Below, piece after piece: positions 62,885 to 64,000 of a stretch of DNA of 64,000 bases; positions within the stretch are counted from its first letter, which is position 1, and every line of letters begins with the position of its first letter. A program made the translations under genes and the position numbers. The notes under the pieces were generated by a model. The model ran no database searches and was not told the origin of the DNA. It saw nothing but the letters and a program-made list of their open reading frames with translations. Location of the stretch: assembly GCA_964607915.1 (NCBI GenBank), contig CAZSMU010000001.1, positions 8,904 through 72,903 of the forward strand, in the 5' to 3' direction. Source of the DNA: an uncultured Haliscomenobacter sp. (GTDB taxonomy: Bacteria; Bacteroidota; Bacteroidia; Chitinophagales; Saprospiraceae).

Positions 62885-64000
62885 TTATGGAGCAGGTGAG
62901 CAGGCGATGATGCCCTTGTGCAGCACAGTTGTGATTTCGTCCAGTGAAAGGCCGCATTCGCGCAGCAATTCGCGGGTATGTTCCCCGATTTGAGGAGGGT
63001 TGAGCCTTAGTCCGGGGCTTGCTTCGCCGTATTCCAGGGGAAATGCGGGCAGTTTGGTGGTCGTCCCGTTTGGCAGGGTGGTATGCAAAAGGTGTTGCCC
63101 CCGGTTGAGGTGGGGGTCGTCAAATAAATCTTCCGGCTTTGCGATAGGGGCAAAAGGAATCTCTGCCGCTTCGCAACGGGCGATGATTTCGGTCTTTGAG
63201 TACATGCGCAATCGGTTTTCCAGTTCAGGCAGGAACCAGTCGCGTTGGTCTATGCGTCCGTTGTTGTTTTGCAGACGGGGGTCGCTCAAGAAGTCTTGCC
63301 AGCCGAAGGCATGGCAGAGGCGCTCCCAGTGTTTTTCGCTTATGACCCCGATAAAAACGGGTTCGCCGTCGCAGGATTCGAAGATGCGGTAGATGCTCCA
63401 GGCACTGACCCGGGCCGGCATAGGGGGTACCGGGGTCTGCAGGATAGCGGCATAGGCCATGTGCTGCCCCATCAGAAATGCGGTGGTTTCGAACAAGGCT
63501 GCTTTGACCAGTTTTCCCTGACCGGTCATTTGCCGCTCATACAGGGCGAGCAGGATACCGATGTAGCCGAACATCCCACCCGTGATATCCACTATCGAAG
63601 TACCGGCACGCAGGGGGTCGCCCGGTCGCCCGGTCATATAGGCCAAGCCCCCCATCATCTGGACGACCTCGTCCATGGCATGCCTTTTTTCATAGGGTCC
63701 GCTGAGGAAGCCTTTCAGGGAGCAGTAGATGAGGCGTGGGTTTCGCATGAGGAGGGCATCAAATCCGAAGCCCAGTTTGTCCATAGTGCCGGGGCCGAAA
63801 TTTTCGACTACGATATCGGCCTTTTCTACCAGTTTGTAAAGGATATCTTTTCCGCTATCGGTTTTGAGATCTATGGCGAGGCTCTTTTTATTTCTATTGT
63901 AAAAAGAAAAATACCCTGCCCCAAAGCCTTTTAACCTTCGGGTGGCATCGCCCTCCGGTGGTTCGACGTGGATCACTTCCGCACCCATGTCTGCGAGGAG
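62885..64000 (-). CDS. Family III CoA-transferase (CaiB/BaiF type), N-terminus beyond window end
   Basis: The reverse strand at the window edge reads LLADMGAEVIHVEPPEGD, the conserved LADxGAxVIKVE motif that sits near the N-terminus. The gene therefore continues past 64000. Confidence 0.85.
   Translation of the reverse strand, partial: LLADMGAEVIHVEPPEGDATRRLKGFGAGYFSFYNRNKKSLAIDLKTDSGKDILYKLVEKADIVVENFGPGTMDKLGFGFDALLMRNPRLIYCSLKGFLSGPYEKRHAMDEVVQMMGGLAYMTGRPGDPLRAGTSIVDITGGMFGYIGILLALYERQMTGQGKLVKAALFETTAFLMGQHMAYAAILQTPVPPMPARVSAWSIYRIFESCDGEPVFIGVISEKHWERLCHAFGWQDFLSDPRLQNNNGRIDQRDWFLPELENRLRMYSKTEIIARCEAAEIPFAPIAKPEDLFDDPHLNRGQHLLHTTLPNGTTTKLPAFPLEYGEASPGLRLNPPQIGEHTRELLRECGLSLDEITTVLHKGIIACSPAP

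Overview
A 64-kb chromosomal segment from a GC-rich Bacteroidota genome (about 55-60% GC by eye). The phylum call rests on T9SS C-terminal sorting domains, several TonB-dependent receptors, OmpH/Skp, the DUF4270/DUF4286/DUF4290 genes, a LytTR regulator and a short Bacteroidetes-type glycogen synthase. I call about 45 protein genes. Most are housekeeping or envelope genes: pheT, zapA, rny, a membrane pyrophosphatase, an ABC-F ATPase, an S41 protease, an acyl-CoA dehydrogenase, Nif3 and an M50 protease. There are also secreted hydrolases (sulfatase, phosphatase fusion, S9 peptidase, GH2, GH78) and a two-component pair. I saw no rRNA, tRNA, CRISPR array, transposase or integrase. Four things are not explained by the genes. 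(1) A dense family of palindromic intergenic repeats bounded by ACTTGTTGCGAGGGG / CCCCTCGCAACAAGT, with at least 18 copies or fragments, in long (~158 bp) and short (57-74 bp) forms, many starting just after stop codons. (2) An AT-richer 773-bp higBA toxin-antitoxin cassette flanked by a perfect 20-bp direct repeat that duplicates the overlapping 3' ends of two convergent genes. (3) A 1-nt frameshift that removes the canonical NYH-stop end of higB and runs it into a repeat copy. (4) A 1150-aa secreted YHYH + PEBP-like + metallophosphoesterase + T9SS fusion protein, plus an orphan intrinsic terminator and hairpin cluster (candidate small RNA) in a 910-bp spacer. All product calls come from motif recognition in the supplied translations; no database search was possible.
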